This document shows, piece by piece, positions 48,013 through 56,991 of a DNA stretch of 64,000 bases. Origin of the DNA: Gemmatimonadales bacterium (GTDB lineage Bacteria > Gemmatimonadota > Gemmatimonadetes > Gemmatimonadales > GWC2-71-9); NCBI GenBank assembly GCA_041577295.1, contig JBFGJG010000002.1, positions 64,001-128,000 on the forward strand, in the 5' to 3' direction. The stretch's first letter is position 1. Each line of letters starts with the position of its first letter. The translations under genes and the position numbers were made by a program. The notes beneath the pieces are model-generated. The model was given only the letters and a program-made list of their open reading frames with translations, did not search any database and was not told where the DNA came from.

Positions 48013-49422
48013 ATGTCAGACATGCGTAAGACGAAGGCCGAGCTCCATGACGAGCTCGCCGCCCTCCGGAAGAGGATACGCGATCTCGAGTCGGACGCCG
48101 GGCACCAGGGTGGACGTTCATTGCAGACTTCTCGAGACGAGGATGCAACGAATACCGCCCGCCTTCGCTTGCTCGAAGACGCAGCCCAGGTTGCGCAAAC
48201 GGCTCGCGACACGCTATGGCGTCGAGTCGAAAGCTTGTGCAGTGCCGCAATTGGTATCACGGCGCAACACGACCTGGCACGGGTACTTCAGGAGGTCGCT
48301 GATTCCGCGCGCGAGGTGATTGGGGCACGCTACGCGGCTCTGGGGGTGCTCGATGCCGCGGGACTGGAGCTCGACCCGTTCATCGTCAGCGGTGTGACTG
48401 AAGAGGAATACCGGCAAATCGGTGACCCACCCAAGGGTAAAGGAATCCTCGGGGTCCTCATCGACGACCCGCGGCCGCTTCGCCTCAAGAACATCAGGCA
48501 ACACGCCAAGTCCTACGGCTTTCCGTCCAACCATCCGTCGATGCACTCCTTCCTGGGTGTGCCGATCTTCGGTCGCACCAAGCCTATCGGCAATTTGTAC
48601 CTCACCGAAAAGATCGGCGCGGAGGAATTCTCGCGCGAAGACGAGGCGTTAGCCGTCATGTTGGCCGCTCACGCAGCCGTCGCCGTGGAGAACGCCCGTC
48701 TCTACGAAGAGCGCGAGGCCCTACTCGAGGAGCTGCGCGGACTTCAAACGTCACGTGATCGTTTCTTTGCGATGATAAACCACGAGCTTCGCAACGCGAT
48801 CACTGCGGTGCACGGGTGGACCGAGCTTTGGTTGCGGAAAGCGGGAAGCAATCCACCGCGGGCTGCCCGCGAGGTCAGCGAATCGGCCGAGCGCGCAGTG
48901 ACGCTTCTCGAAGACATGCTCGATCTCAGCCGGCTCGATGCGTCAAAGCTCGAGCCAAGAGTCGAAGAGGCGGACGCCGCCGAGGTCGTGCGGGAAGCAG
49001 TGGCTGCGCTCGAGCCCGTAGCCGAGCGGCGCCGGGTGGTCATCGAGACCGCTGGCATCAACGGTGTTTTGCCGTGCCGCACCGATCCGCTACGCATCCG
49101 ACAGATTCTGATCAACCTCCTCAGCAACGCGGTGCGTCACAGCCCCGAGGGCGAGCAAGTCACCCTGCGGGTGTTGGGTGACGACCGCTCGATGCGGTTC
49201 GAGGTGATCGACCGGGGAGACGGGATTCCCCAGGAGCAGCAAGGGCGAATCTTCGAGGCGTTCGAGCGCGCTGGCACAGATTCCGAACGCGGCACCGGCC
49301 TTGGGCTTACGCTGTCCAAGAAGCTCGCCCAGTTGCTGGGCGGTGATCTGTCGGTCACGAGCCAGCCGGGCGCGGGCGCTCGGTTCACGCTCGAAGTGCA
49401 ACGCTACTTGACCCGATCATGA
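48013..49422 (+). CDS. Cytoplasmic sensor kinase with DosS/DosT-like GAF domain and HisKA core
   Basis: ARYAALGV, PKGKGILG, HAKSYGFPSNHPSMHSFLGVPI, GNLYLTEK. INHELRN, NLLSNA, DRGDGI, GTGLGL. Confidence 0.88.
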   Translation: MSDMRKTKAELHDELAALRKRIRDLESDAGHQGGRSLQTSRDEDATNTARLRLLEDAAQVAQTARDTLWRRVESLCSAAIGITAQHDLARVLQEVADSAREVIGARYAALGVLDAAGLELDPFIVSGVTEEEYRQIGDPPKGKGILGVLIDDPRPLRLKNIRQHAKSYGFPSNHPSMHSFLGVPIFGRTKPIGNLYLTEKIGAEEFSREDEALAVMLAAHAAVAVENARLYEEREALLEELRGLQTSRDRFFAMINHELRNAITAVHGWTELWLRKAGSNPPRAAREVSESAERAVTLLEDMLDLSRLDASKLEPRVEEADAAEVVREAVAALEPVAERRRVVIETAGINGVLPCRTDPLRIRQILINLLSNAVRHSPEGEQVTLRVLGDDRSMRFEVIDRGDGIPQEQQGRIFEAFERAGTDSERGTGLGLTLSKKLAQLLGGDLSVTSQPGAGARFTLEVQRYLTRS

Positions 49423-49429
49423 GGATTCG

Positions 49430-49473
49430 TTCACAGTCGCTTCAGCCACCCATAAACGGACCCCGAATAGTCT
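49430..49473 (+). promoter_or_regulatory. Response regulator promoter: repeats in 11-bp phase plus -10 TAGTCT
   Basis: TTCA 49430, TTCA 49441, ATAA 49452. TAGTCT at 49468, ending 7 nt before the ATG, with no SD sequence. Confidence 0.62.
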
Positions 49474-49480
49474 TCACACT

Positions 49481-50167
49481 ATGAGAATTCTAGTGGTGGA
49501 AGACGACCGTAAGGTCGCTGGTTTCATTGAGATGGGCCTCCGTGAGGAGGGGTACGCCGTCGATGTCGCAAAGGATGGGGAGGAGGCAGCAACCCTCGCC
49601 CATGTCAATGACTACGACGCAATCCTACTCGACCTGATGCTCCCCAAGAAGAACGGGCTTCAAGTCGCCTCCGAACTGCGTCGGGAGGGCCGACGGACCC
49701 CGATCCTCATGCTGACGGCCAGGGATGCCACGGAAGACGTGGTGCGGGGGTTGGATGCGGGCGCGGACGATTACTTGACCAAGCCGTTCAAGTTCGATGA
49801 GCTGCTGGCAAGAGTCCGTGCGCTGGTACGCCGTGGCGGGGCGGCTCGCCTCGAGCGCGTGAGCTATGGCCCGCTCGAGCTCGACCGTCTGAAGCACAAG
49901 GTCTTTGCCAATGGCCGCGGGCTTGAACTCACGCCGCGGGAGTTCCAGCTACTCGAACACTTCATGCTCCACCCGGAGATCGTCGTCCGGCGCACGGAGC
50001 TGCTCGAGAAGGTGTGGGACATGCACTTCGACCCCGAGAGCAACGTGGTTGACGTGCACATCGGCAACCTGCGACGTAAGCTGCGCGACGCCGGGCATGA
50101 TAGGCTGATCCACACGGTGCGTGGAGTAGGTTTTCAACTGAAGGTACAGGACACGAACGGAGGGTAA
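49481..50167 (+). CDS. OmpR/PhoB family response regulator (CusR/MprA-like)
   Basis: MRILVVEDD, LDLMLP, LTARD, GADDYLTKPF, LTPREF, NVVDVHI, TVRGVGF. Confidence 0.95.
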   Translation: MRILVVEDDRKVAGFIEMGLREEGYAVDVAKDGEEAATLAHVNDYDAILLDLMLPKKNGLQVASELRREGRRTPILMLTARDATEDVVRGLDAGADDYLTKPFKFDELLARVRALVRRGGAARLERVSYGPLELDRLKHKVFANGRGLELTPREFQLLEHFMLHPEIVVRRTELLEKVWDMHFDPESNVVDVHIGNLRRKLRDAGHDRLIHTVRGVGFQLKVQDTNGG

Positions 50168-51549
50168 TGCGTTCCCTTCGCCGCACGCTTGCCGTGCGGT
50201 TCTGCATCACCGTTTTCTTTGCGCTCCTCCTCATCGCGCTGTGGGCCCATTTGGGTGCACGGCGTATTCTGTTGCGGGAGCTGGACCGGGGTCTTGCCGC
50301 TGCCTCGGAGCTCGAGGCAGACGTGCTGGCGGCCGGACACCAGATACCGCGACACGTAGAAAGCCCTGATTTGCCCGTGTTCGTTCGCACCGTGAACCGC
50401 TTCGTGGTGGTCCGGGCTCCGGACGGCACGATGCTGGCTTCCAACACCGCGCTCGCACACGATCTCCCGTTTGACGAGGAAGGTCTTCGCAGGGCACAAC
50501 AAGGTGAGCGCGTCTGGGTTAGCCAAACCTGGAACGGAATCAAGATCCGATCGATCTACGCCCCCAGGGGCCATGGTTCAGCGAGCGGCAGCATCATTCA
50601 GGTCTCGGCATCCCTAGCACCGATCCGCACCGCCAATCGCGAGATTCTCTTTCTCATGCTCGGCACCGTGTTGTTGGGTACCGTGGCGACGACCATTGGC
50701 GCCGCATGGCTCGCGGGGTCTGCGATGCTACCCGTATTCGAGATTGCTGAGCAAGCTGAGAACATCAAAGCGGGAACAGTGGGGCAGCGCATCACCGTCC
50801 ACGGGGACGTCGCGGAGTTACAGGGGCTGACGACCGTGCTCAACAGCATGCTCGCGCGCCTCGATCAGGTGGTCGCGTCGCAACGTCGCATGATCTCCGA
50901 CGCCGGTCACGACTTGCGCACGCCCATCACGGCCATGCGTGGAGAGATCGAGGTCGCCCTCCGCGGTGAGCGGACTCCGGCAACGTATAAGGAGATCCTC
51001 GCGAGTGTCATGGAGGAGGTGCAGCGCCTCGAATCGATAAGCGAATCGTTGGTTCTCCTGGCGAGAATAGACTCCGGTGCGCTGGCGCCTAATCGGATCG
51101 CGACCCCGCTCCAGCCGTTGCTGGAGCAAGCGGTACATCGGGCAGAGCCACGGGCAAACGGGCGGCGGATCTCACTGCGCGAGCAAGAGGGCGAGCCCAC
51201 AGCAGATGTGGACGAGCACATGTTCGCCTTGGTCCTCGACCACCTGTTGGACAACTCGCTGCGTCACACACCAGACGGGACCACGGTCAGCCTCGGGGCC
51301 TTCAAACGCAAGCACCACGTCGACATCACCATCGAAGATGACGGGCCCGGAATTCCGGAGGATCGCCTCCCCCATCTCTTCGAACGGTTCTATAGAGATG
51401 ATTCGGCTCGCACCCGCACCGCCGGTGCTGGCCTGGGGCTGTCGATCGCCTGGGCAATCGTACAGGCACATGACGGAACGATCGAGGCACGCTTGGGACA
51501 GCAGGGAGGTCTCCTGATCACCATATCCCTCCCACACCACGAGTCGTAG
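50167..51549 (+). CDS. Membrane sensor histidine kinase (HAMP-HisKA-HATPase)
   Basis: Two TMs. DAGHDLRTP, LLDNSLRHTP, DDGPGI, FERFYR, GAGLGL. TAATG overlap with the regulator. Confidence 0.93.
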   Translation: MRSLRRTLAVRFCITVFFALLLIALWAHLGARRILLRELDRGLAAASELEADVLAAGHQIPRHVESPDLPVFVRTVNRFVVVRAPDGTMLASNTALAHDLPFDEEGLRRAQQGERVWVSQTWNGIKIRSIYAPRGHGSASGSIIQVSASLAPIRTANREILFLMLGTVLLGTVATTIGAAWLAGSAMLPVFEIAEQAENIKAGTVGQRITVHGDVAELQGLTTVLNSMLARLDQVVASQRRMISDAGHDLRTPITAMRGEIEVALRGERTPATYKEILASVMEEVQRLESISESLVLLARIDSGALAPNRIATPLQPLLEQAVHRAEPRANGRRISLREQEGEPTADVDEHMFALVLDHLLDNSLRHTPDGTTVSLGAFKRKHHVDITIEDDGPGIPEDRLPHLFERFYRDDSARTRTAGAGLGLSIAWAIVQAHDGTIEARLGQQGGLLITISLPHHES

Positions 51550-51561
51550 CCGCAGTCATTC

Positions 51562-51604
51562 TTCACCTCGCATTCCAGAATTGTTCACACCCCGCGGTGA
51601 TCTT
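51562..51604 (+). promoter_or_regulatory. Repeats in 11-bp phase upstream of the DUF2892/cytochrome c genes
   Basis: TTCA 51562, TTCC 51573, TTCA 51584. Weak -10-like GATCTT at 51599. Confidence 0.5.
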
Positions 51605-51651
51605 GGTGAGACGCGACGATCGCCGAGGAAGTTTCGAAGCTAGGTGACGGA

Positions 51652-51858
51652 ATGCAGAAGAACGTCAGTCAGGTGGACGCCCTGATCCGCGGGATCAGTG
51701 GAGTGCTCCTCTTCGCTCTCGCGGCAGCTTTCAACGCCCGACCGCTTTTCTCTCTACTCCTGGCGTTGATCGCCTTGGTGCTGATCGGGACGGCCCTGAC
51801 ACACAACTGCCCCCTGTACAGTGTGCTCAGAACCGGGACCAGATCGGGAAAGCACTAG
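51652..51858 (+). CDS. DUF2892 (YgaP-like) small membrane protein
   Basis: MQKNVSQVDALIR, two TMs, CPLYSVL. Confidence 0.82.
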   Translation: MQKNVSQVDALIRGISGVLLFALAAAFNARPLFSLLLALIALVLIGTALTHNCPLYSVLRTGTRSGKH

Positions 51859-51978
51859 CAGCCAGCAAGTCTGGCGCTGGATGGCCATTCGTATCTAACT
51901 TGCGTGCCGCGTACCAAGGAACACCGTGAGCCGGCGTTCACCGGGACCGGCTCTCACCGCTCAGACAGGAGAAGGACG

Positions 51979-52377
51979 GTGAGGTATTTCGTCATCACAC
52001 TCAGCATGACGCTGGCTGCGAGCGTCGCGGCTTCCACACCTGCTGGCGCGCAGGAGACCGCCGGCAAGCTCCCAGCTGGGGTCACCCAGGAGATGATCTC
52101 GCAAGGCGCGTCGGTGTTCACCGGGGCAGGAATCTGTGCAGCTTGTCACGGACCTGAAGCTAAGGGAATTCCTAATCTCGGCGCCGACCTCACGGACGAT
52201 AAGTGGGTCCATAGCGACGGCAGTTACGAGGGGATCCTCGAGACTATCAAGAACGGTGTAGCACCTGCGAAGTCCACAACAGGTGCTGCCATGCCCCCCA
52301 AAGGCGGCAGCAACATCTCCGAGGAGCAAATGAAGTCCGTGGCAGCGTACGTTTGGCGTCTGTGGAATCGGAAATAG
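51979..52377 (+). CDS. Monoheme cytochrome c
   Basis: GTG follows AGGAG/AAGGA. Signal peptide, CAACHG, GADLTDDKW.H, AMPPKGG. Confidence 0.88.
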   Translation: MRYFVITLSMTLAASVAASTPAGAQETAGKLPAGVTQEMISQGASVFTGAGICAACHGPEAKGIPNLGADLTDDKWVHSDGSYEGILETIKNGVAPAKSTTGAAMPPKGGSNISEEQMKSVAAYVWRLWNRK

Positions 52378-52390
52378 CGACTTGCGCGAT

Positions 52391-52446
52391 CTGTTACGGT
52401 CGCGCGGCGTTGTCGTCACTCTGTTGTTACACTTCCCCCCTAGACT
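52391..52446 (+). promoter_or_regulatory. Pho-box-like phased repeats plus -10 TAGACT upstream of the porin
   Basis: GTTAC 52393, GTCAC 52415, GTTAC 52426 (spacings 22 and 11). TAGACT at 52441. Confidence 0.55.
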
Positions 52447-52577
52447 GAATTGCGTGCCGGATAACACTCGAGGAAGTCGGGAACCGCATCGACGCTAATC
52501 GTACCGGCGCCTAAGCAAGCACAAGCAACGAGGCCAGTCATTCGGGACTCGCCGAATGCTGGTTGAAGGGAGAGGTG

Positions 52578-53681
52578 ATGATCCCCCCCCAAACCGCGTT
52601 ATGGAACATGGTTCGATTCGTCGTCGCGCTTTGTGCCCTGGGGAGCAGCCTTTACACGACCGCCGATGCGCAAGTCGAGGTTCGCTCGAATGCCGTCCAG
52701 ATTACGATTACCGGACGCCTGCACGCGCAGTTCAATACCACGTCGGTGACCGATGAACCGGAGGCCGAGTTCCTCATTCGTAGGGCCCGTCTAGCTGCGG
52801 AGCTCAGGATCAACGATTTCGTGAGCGGGAAGGTCGAACCGGACTTCGGTGAAGGCAAGATCGCTCTCAAGGATGCCTGGGTGCGCCTGACCTTCGACCG
52901 GGCGTTTCGAGCCACCGTCGGACAGTTCAAACGACCATTCGACCTGTTCGAGCTGACTAGCTCCACCCAAATCTTGGTCGTCGAACGGACCGGGGAGGTC
53001 CGCGGAGTGGATTCCTGTGCAGGTCCCGGCGGCACCTGCACCTTGAGCCGCCTCACCGAGAAACTCCAGCTCAGCGACCGCGACATTGGGGTAATGTTCG
53101 ACGGCACGGATCCGGAGGGCAAGTTTCGTTACATGGTTGCCGTCACAAACGGCACGGGGTCGAATACGGAGGACGAAAACGGCTCTAAATCATTTTCGGG
53201 TCGCATCGCGGTGACTCCCGTCAAGGACGTGACCATCGCTGGCAACGTGGCAGCCCACGACTATTTGCTACCGGTCGCGCCAGATCTCGCGAACAACGAG
53301 TTTGCGGTGGCGTATGGCGGCGACATCGAGGTTGGAAACTTCAACAGCGGACTGCACTTCCAGGGCGGCGTGGTCGCCGGGGACAACTGGTTGAACCTGA
53401 TCGCGGACGAGCCCACGACCTTCGTGACCGCACAGGGAATTCTCAGCTGGAAGGTACCCGTGAACGAGAACCGGTTCGTGTCGGCACTCGAGCCTCTAGC
53501 GCGCGTGAGTTGGGCCGATCCGAACACCGACCTCGCTGATGACGAGGGTGTTCTGGCCACGGGAGGACTCATGGTCCATTTCACCGGTCGGAACAAGATT
53601 GCTGCCAACGTCGACGTGTGGTCTCCGGTTGTCGGAGATTCCGAATACTCGATCAAAGTGCAGTCCTACCTCTACTTCTAG
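52578..53681 (+). CDS. Outer-membrane porin (OprO/OprP-like)
   Basis: Signal peptide. FLIRRARL, LKDAWV, VGQFKRPF, RDIGVM, C-terminal YLYF. Start could also be 52563 or 52608. Confidence 0.78.
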   Translation: MIPPQTALWNMVRFVVALCALGSSLYTTADAQVEVRSNAVQITITGRLHAQFNTTSVTDEPEAEFLIRRARLAAELRINDFVSGKVEPDFGEGKIALKDAWVRLTFDRAFRATVGQFKRPFDLFELTSSTQILVVERTGEVRGVDSCAGPGGTCTLSRLTEKLQLSDRDIGVMFDGTDPEGKFRYMVAVTNGTGSNTEDENGSKSFSGRIAVTPVKDVTIAGNVAAHDYLLPVAPDLANNEFAVAYGGDIEVGNFNSGLHFQGGVVAGDNWLNLIADEPTTFVTAQGILSWKVPVNENRFVSALEPLARVSWADPNTDLADDEGVLATGGLMVHFTGRNKIAANVDVWSPVVGDSEYSIKVQSYLYF

Positions 53682-53686
53682 GCCCG

Positions 53687-53739
53687 TTAAGCCGCCTTCA
53701 TAAACCGGCCACACCGGCTTCATAAACGCCCCGCATAAT
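53687..53739 (+). promoter_or_regulatory. nos operon promoter: CTTCATAAAC direct repeat plus -10 CATAAT
   Basis: CTTCATAAAC at 53696 and 53718 (22 bp apart), TTAA at 53687, CATAAT at 53734. Confidence 0.65.
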
Positions 53740-53827
53740 TCCACGAGGTTTGTGTGGGGTGGCTCGTATTGTCCCTTGTTGACGGCCTCCGCACCGCATT
53801 CGCCGCATCAACTGGAGTTGTCAAGCG

Positions 53828-54259
53828 ATGGACAGTCGACTGTTTGCTTGTGTACTGCTCGCGACCATCACCGGTGCTGGTTGTACTGGCAATGCTGAGA
53901 TGGGAAATGCGCAAGAGCGGAGCGGCGACGAGGGCGCACGCTCTGCTGTTGCGGCGGAAGCACCGCCAAGCGGGCCCGTAAACCAGGAGATGGTGCAAAG
54001 AGGTGCACAGCTCTTTCAATCGAAGGGCTGCATTGGTTGCCACACTATTGGTAAGGGTCGCTTGACGGGACCAGATCTATCAGGTGTGACCGAGCGTCGA
54101 GATTACACCTGGATCATGGCCATGGTGATCAACCCCGATTCCATGCTCAAAAACGACGCGACGGCACGAAAACTCCTTGCTGAGTACATGACCCCTATGA
54201 TGAATGTTGGCGTGACGCGGGAAGAGGCACGCGCAATCTACGAGTACCTCCGTCAATAG
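53828..54259 (+). CDS. Monoheme cytochrome c, nos-associated, probable lipoprotein
   Basis: GAGC lipobox-like motif, CIGCH, GPDL.GV, PMMN. Confidence 0.88.
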   Translation: MDSRLFACVLLATITGAGCTGNAEMGNAQERSGDEGARSAVAAEAPPSGPVNQEMVQRGAQLFQSKGCIGCHTIGKGRLTGPDLSGVTERRDYTWIMAMVINPDSMLKNDATARKLLAEYMTPMMNVGVTREEARAIYEYLRQ

Positions 54260-54323
54260 TACGGAGGGGGTTCGGCTGCCTTGGCGTGGCGTGACGGCAC
54301 CCCATCACAACGGAGTAATCTCA

Positions 54324-56285
54324 ATGCGATCGAATCGAATCTTGGGAATCGTTACCGCGGCTGCTGTGGTCGCGCTCGTGACAGTCGCTGGGCTTCAGTC
54401 GTGTGCAGGACCTGGAGCGACCGCGGATGTCGGATCGATTGCTCGGGCACGGGGCTTGAGCGACGCAGATGTCGTTGCAGCGGTCAAGACTTACCAACCG
54501 ACCGGGCGCACCGACGAGTACATCCTGTTTGCATCAGGAGGTCACTCGGGTCAGGTGTTGGTAATCGGTGTGCCGTCGATGCGCCTGCTCAAGGTAATTG
54601 CGGCGTTCACGCCTGAGCCGTGGCAGGGCTTCGCCTACGGCGCGGAAGAACACAAGGCGCTCATGGCCAATGCGCGCATGTCAGATCACGACATCACATG
54701 GGGTGACACCCATCACCCCGCGCTGTCCGAAACCGACGCGGATTATGACGGGCAGTTCCTGTTCATCAACGACAAGGCGAACCCCCGCATCGCCGTCATC
54801 GACCTGCGTGATTTTGAGACGAAGCAGATCGTGACGAATCCCAATATGGGAACCAATCACGGCGGCGCGTTCGTCACCCCGAATACCGAGTATATCATCG
54901 AGGGTGCCCAGTACTCGGTGCCTTTGTGGGTGGACTACGCCGACGTCGACCGGTACAAGGAGGACTATCGGGGTTTGGTCACAATGTGGAAGTTCGACCG
55001 CGAGCGTGGCCGTATCGATGAGGGCCGGTCCTTCTCGATCGAATTGCCCCCGTACTGGCACGACCTCGCCGACGCGGGTAGGGGTCCGTCGGCCGGCTGG
55101 GCGTTCCTGAACTCCTTCAATACCGAGATGGCCACGGGTGGAATCGAGGCTGGCAATCCGCCGTTCGAAGCTGGTGCCTCACAGAACGACATGGATTACC
55201 TCCACGTCATCAACTGGCAACTGGCGGAGCAGGTCGCTGGCCAAGCGGGGAAGACGCGCATGGCCCGGGGGCAACGGGTGATCCCGCTGCAAACCGCAAT
55301 TGACGAGGGAATCTTGTTCTTCATCCCCGAGCCCAAGAGCCCACACGGCGCCGACGTGACTCCAGATGGCCGATACCTCATCGTCTCCGGCAAGCTGGAC
55401 CCGCACGTCACGGTGTACTCCTGGGAGAAGATTCAGCAGGCGATCGAGGACAAATCGTTCAGCGACACCGATGCGTACGGTGTGCCCATCATAGATTTCA
55501 ATTCGGTCATTGATGGACAGCTCGAGGTTGGGCTCGGCCCGCTGCACACGCAGTTTGACGGTGAGGGCAACGCCTACACGAGCATCTTCTTGGACACCAA
55601 GGTCACGAAGTGGAGTCTGAATCCGCTTCAAGTGGTCGACCAGATCGACGTACACTACAATGTTGGTCACCTGGCAGCGGCCGAGGGTGATACCCGCTCG
55701 CCAGATGGTAAGTACCTCATCGCGATGAACAAGTGGTCGATCGATCGATTCAACGATGTCGGACCACTGCTGCCCCAGAACTTTCAGCTGATCGACATTA
55801 CTGGTGACGAGATGCAGCTGCTCTACGACATGCCGATCGGTATCGGTGAGCCGCACTACGCACAAATGATCAAATCCGACAAACTGCAACCGTTCCGCGT
55901 CTATCCGCAGATCGGATACGATCCCGGCATCATGGGTCCGGCGGAGCATGCTGTCCAGGCTGGCCAAGAGGGCATCGTGCGGCGTGGAAACGAAGTGACC
56001 GTTCGTATGACGGCCATCCGCAGCCACTTCACGCCCGAGTACATCCGCGTGCGGCAGGGCGATCGGGTCACGATACACATTACCAGCACTGAGCAGGCGC
56101 ACGACGCCACGCACGGCTTCGGCATCACTAAGTACAACATCAACCTGAGCCTCGAGCCAGGTGAGTCGCAAACGGTCACGTTTGTCGCTGATCAGGCCGG
56201 GGTTTTCCCGTTCTACTGCACCGAGTTCTGCTCGGCGCTTCACCTCGAAATGACGGGATACTTGCTAGTCGAGCCGCGCGGCTAA
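54324..56285 (+). CDS. nosZ: Nitrous-oxide reductase, clade II (Sec-type signal)
   Basis: SGGHSGQ...GVPSMR, WGDTHHP, NHGG, SPHG, GPLHT, VGHL, EPHY (CuZ His). HGF and CTEFCSALHLEM (CuA). No twin-arginine motif. ATG 54324 follows GGAG. Confidence 0.96.
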   Translation: MRSNRILGIVTAAAVVALVTVAGLQSCAGPGATADVGSIARARGLSDADVVAAVKTYQPTGRTDEYILFASGGHSGQVLVIGVPSMRLLKVIAAFTPEPWQGFAYGAEEHKALMANARMSDHDITWGDTHHPALSETDADYDGQFLFINDKANPRIAVIDLRDFETKQIVTNPNMGTNHGGAFVTPNTEYIIEGAQYSVPLWVDYADVDRYKEDYRGLVTMWKFDRERGRIDEGRSFSIELPPYWHDLADAGRGPSAGWAFLNSFNTEMATGGIEAGNPPFEAGASQNDMDYLHVINWQLAEQVAGQAGKTRMARGQRVIPLQTAIDEGILFFIPEPKSPHGADVTPDGRYLIVSGKLDPHVTVYSWEKIQQAIEDKSFSDTDAYGVPIIDFNSVIDGQLEVGLGPLHTQFDGEGNAYTSIFLDTKVTKWSLNPLQVVDQIDVHYNVGHLAAAEGDTRSPDGKYLIAMNKWSIDRFNDVGPLLPQNFQLIDITGDEMQLLYDMPIGIGEPHYAQMIKSDKLQPFRVYPQIGYDPGIMGPAEHAVQAGQEGIVRRGNEVTVRMTAIRSHFTPEYIRVRQGDRVTIHITSTEQAHDATHGFGITKYNINLSLEPGESQTVTFVADQAGVFPFYCTEFCSALHLEMTGYLLVEPRG

Positions 56286-56296
56286 CAGCGGCGGCT

Positions 56297-56362
56297 CCCA
56301 TCACCCGTTACCGCCTTTTCACAGGCTCAAGAGCCTGTGGGAAGGCGGTGGCGGGTGATGGG
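56297..56362 (+). repeat. Long RNA hairpin (32-nt arms) between nosZ and nosB
   Basis: CCCATCACCCGTTACCGCCTTTTCACAGGCTC-AA-GAGCCTGTGGGAAGGCGGTGGCGGGTGATGGG. Confidence 0.9.
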
Positions 56363-56385
56363 TCGCTAGCGAGATACTACACGAC

Positions 56386-56991
56386 ATGGACAAACTGACA
56401 TCATTCTTTCAGGGACAGCTTTCGCCGCTCAGTCGGATCCTGATGGTGGCGGCGACTTTAGCGCTGTTGCCCACTGTCCTGCTCCCTACGTGGAATATCA
56501 CGCTCAAGGCTCCGCAATATCCTCAGGGGCTGGAGCTCACGATTTATCCCAATACGGTTGCCGGCGATATCAGAGAAGTGAATCTCCTGAATCACTACAT
56601 TGGAATGGATGAGATCGAGCCAAACGAATTTCCGGAGTTTCGGTTCATTCCGTTCTTCATCCTTCGCTTTTTTGGCTTCGCGTTGCTGGCAGCGCTGATT
56701 GGCCGCATGCCCATCGCGGCGTTGGGATGGATGGACTTCGTACTCTTTGGCGTTGTGATGCTCTACACAATGCAGCACTGGTTAGCAGAGTATGGCCAGA
56801 ATCTCGCTCCCACCGCGCCTCTGAAAATCGAACCGTTTACGCCCCAATTCATCGGCAACACGGCGATCGGACAGTTCAGCGTATCCAGCTGGCCGGGGTC
56901 GGGAGCCATCTTAATGGCGGTTGCAGGTCTGATCGGCCCCGCGATCGTGCTCTATGAATGGCGACGCATGCGGCAGGTGGCCGCCGCGTGA
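56386..56991 (+). CDS. nosB: NosB-like membrane protein of clade II nos clusters
   Basis: PTWNITLKAPQYPQGL, NLLNHYIGM, YGQNL.P.AP, about 4 TMs, located between nosZ and nosD. Confidence 0.75.
   Translation: MDKLTSFFQGQLSPLSRILMVAATLALLPTVLLPTWNITLKAPQYPQGLELTIYPNTVAGDIREVNLLNHYIGMDEIEPNEFPEFRFIPFFILRFFGFALLAALIGRMPIAALGWMDFVLFGVVMLYTMQHWLAEYGQNLAPTAPLKIEPFTPQFIGNTAIGQFSVSSWPGSGAILMAVAGLIGPAIVLYEWRRMRQVAAA

Noticed and set aside
52583..52590. C8 tract near the porin start as a phase-variation switch
   Set aside because: Short for a GC-rich genome, and it may lie upstream of the true start (52608). No supporting evidence.
53682..54323. Fnr/Dnr box (TTGAT-N4-ATCAA) or DosR-type palindrome upstream of nos or usp-cba
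   Set aside because: No convincing match by eye. A formal motif scan was not run.
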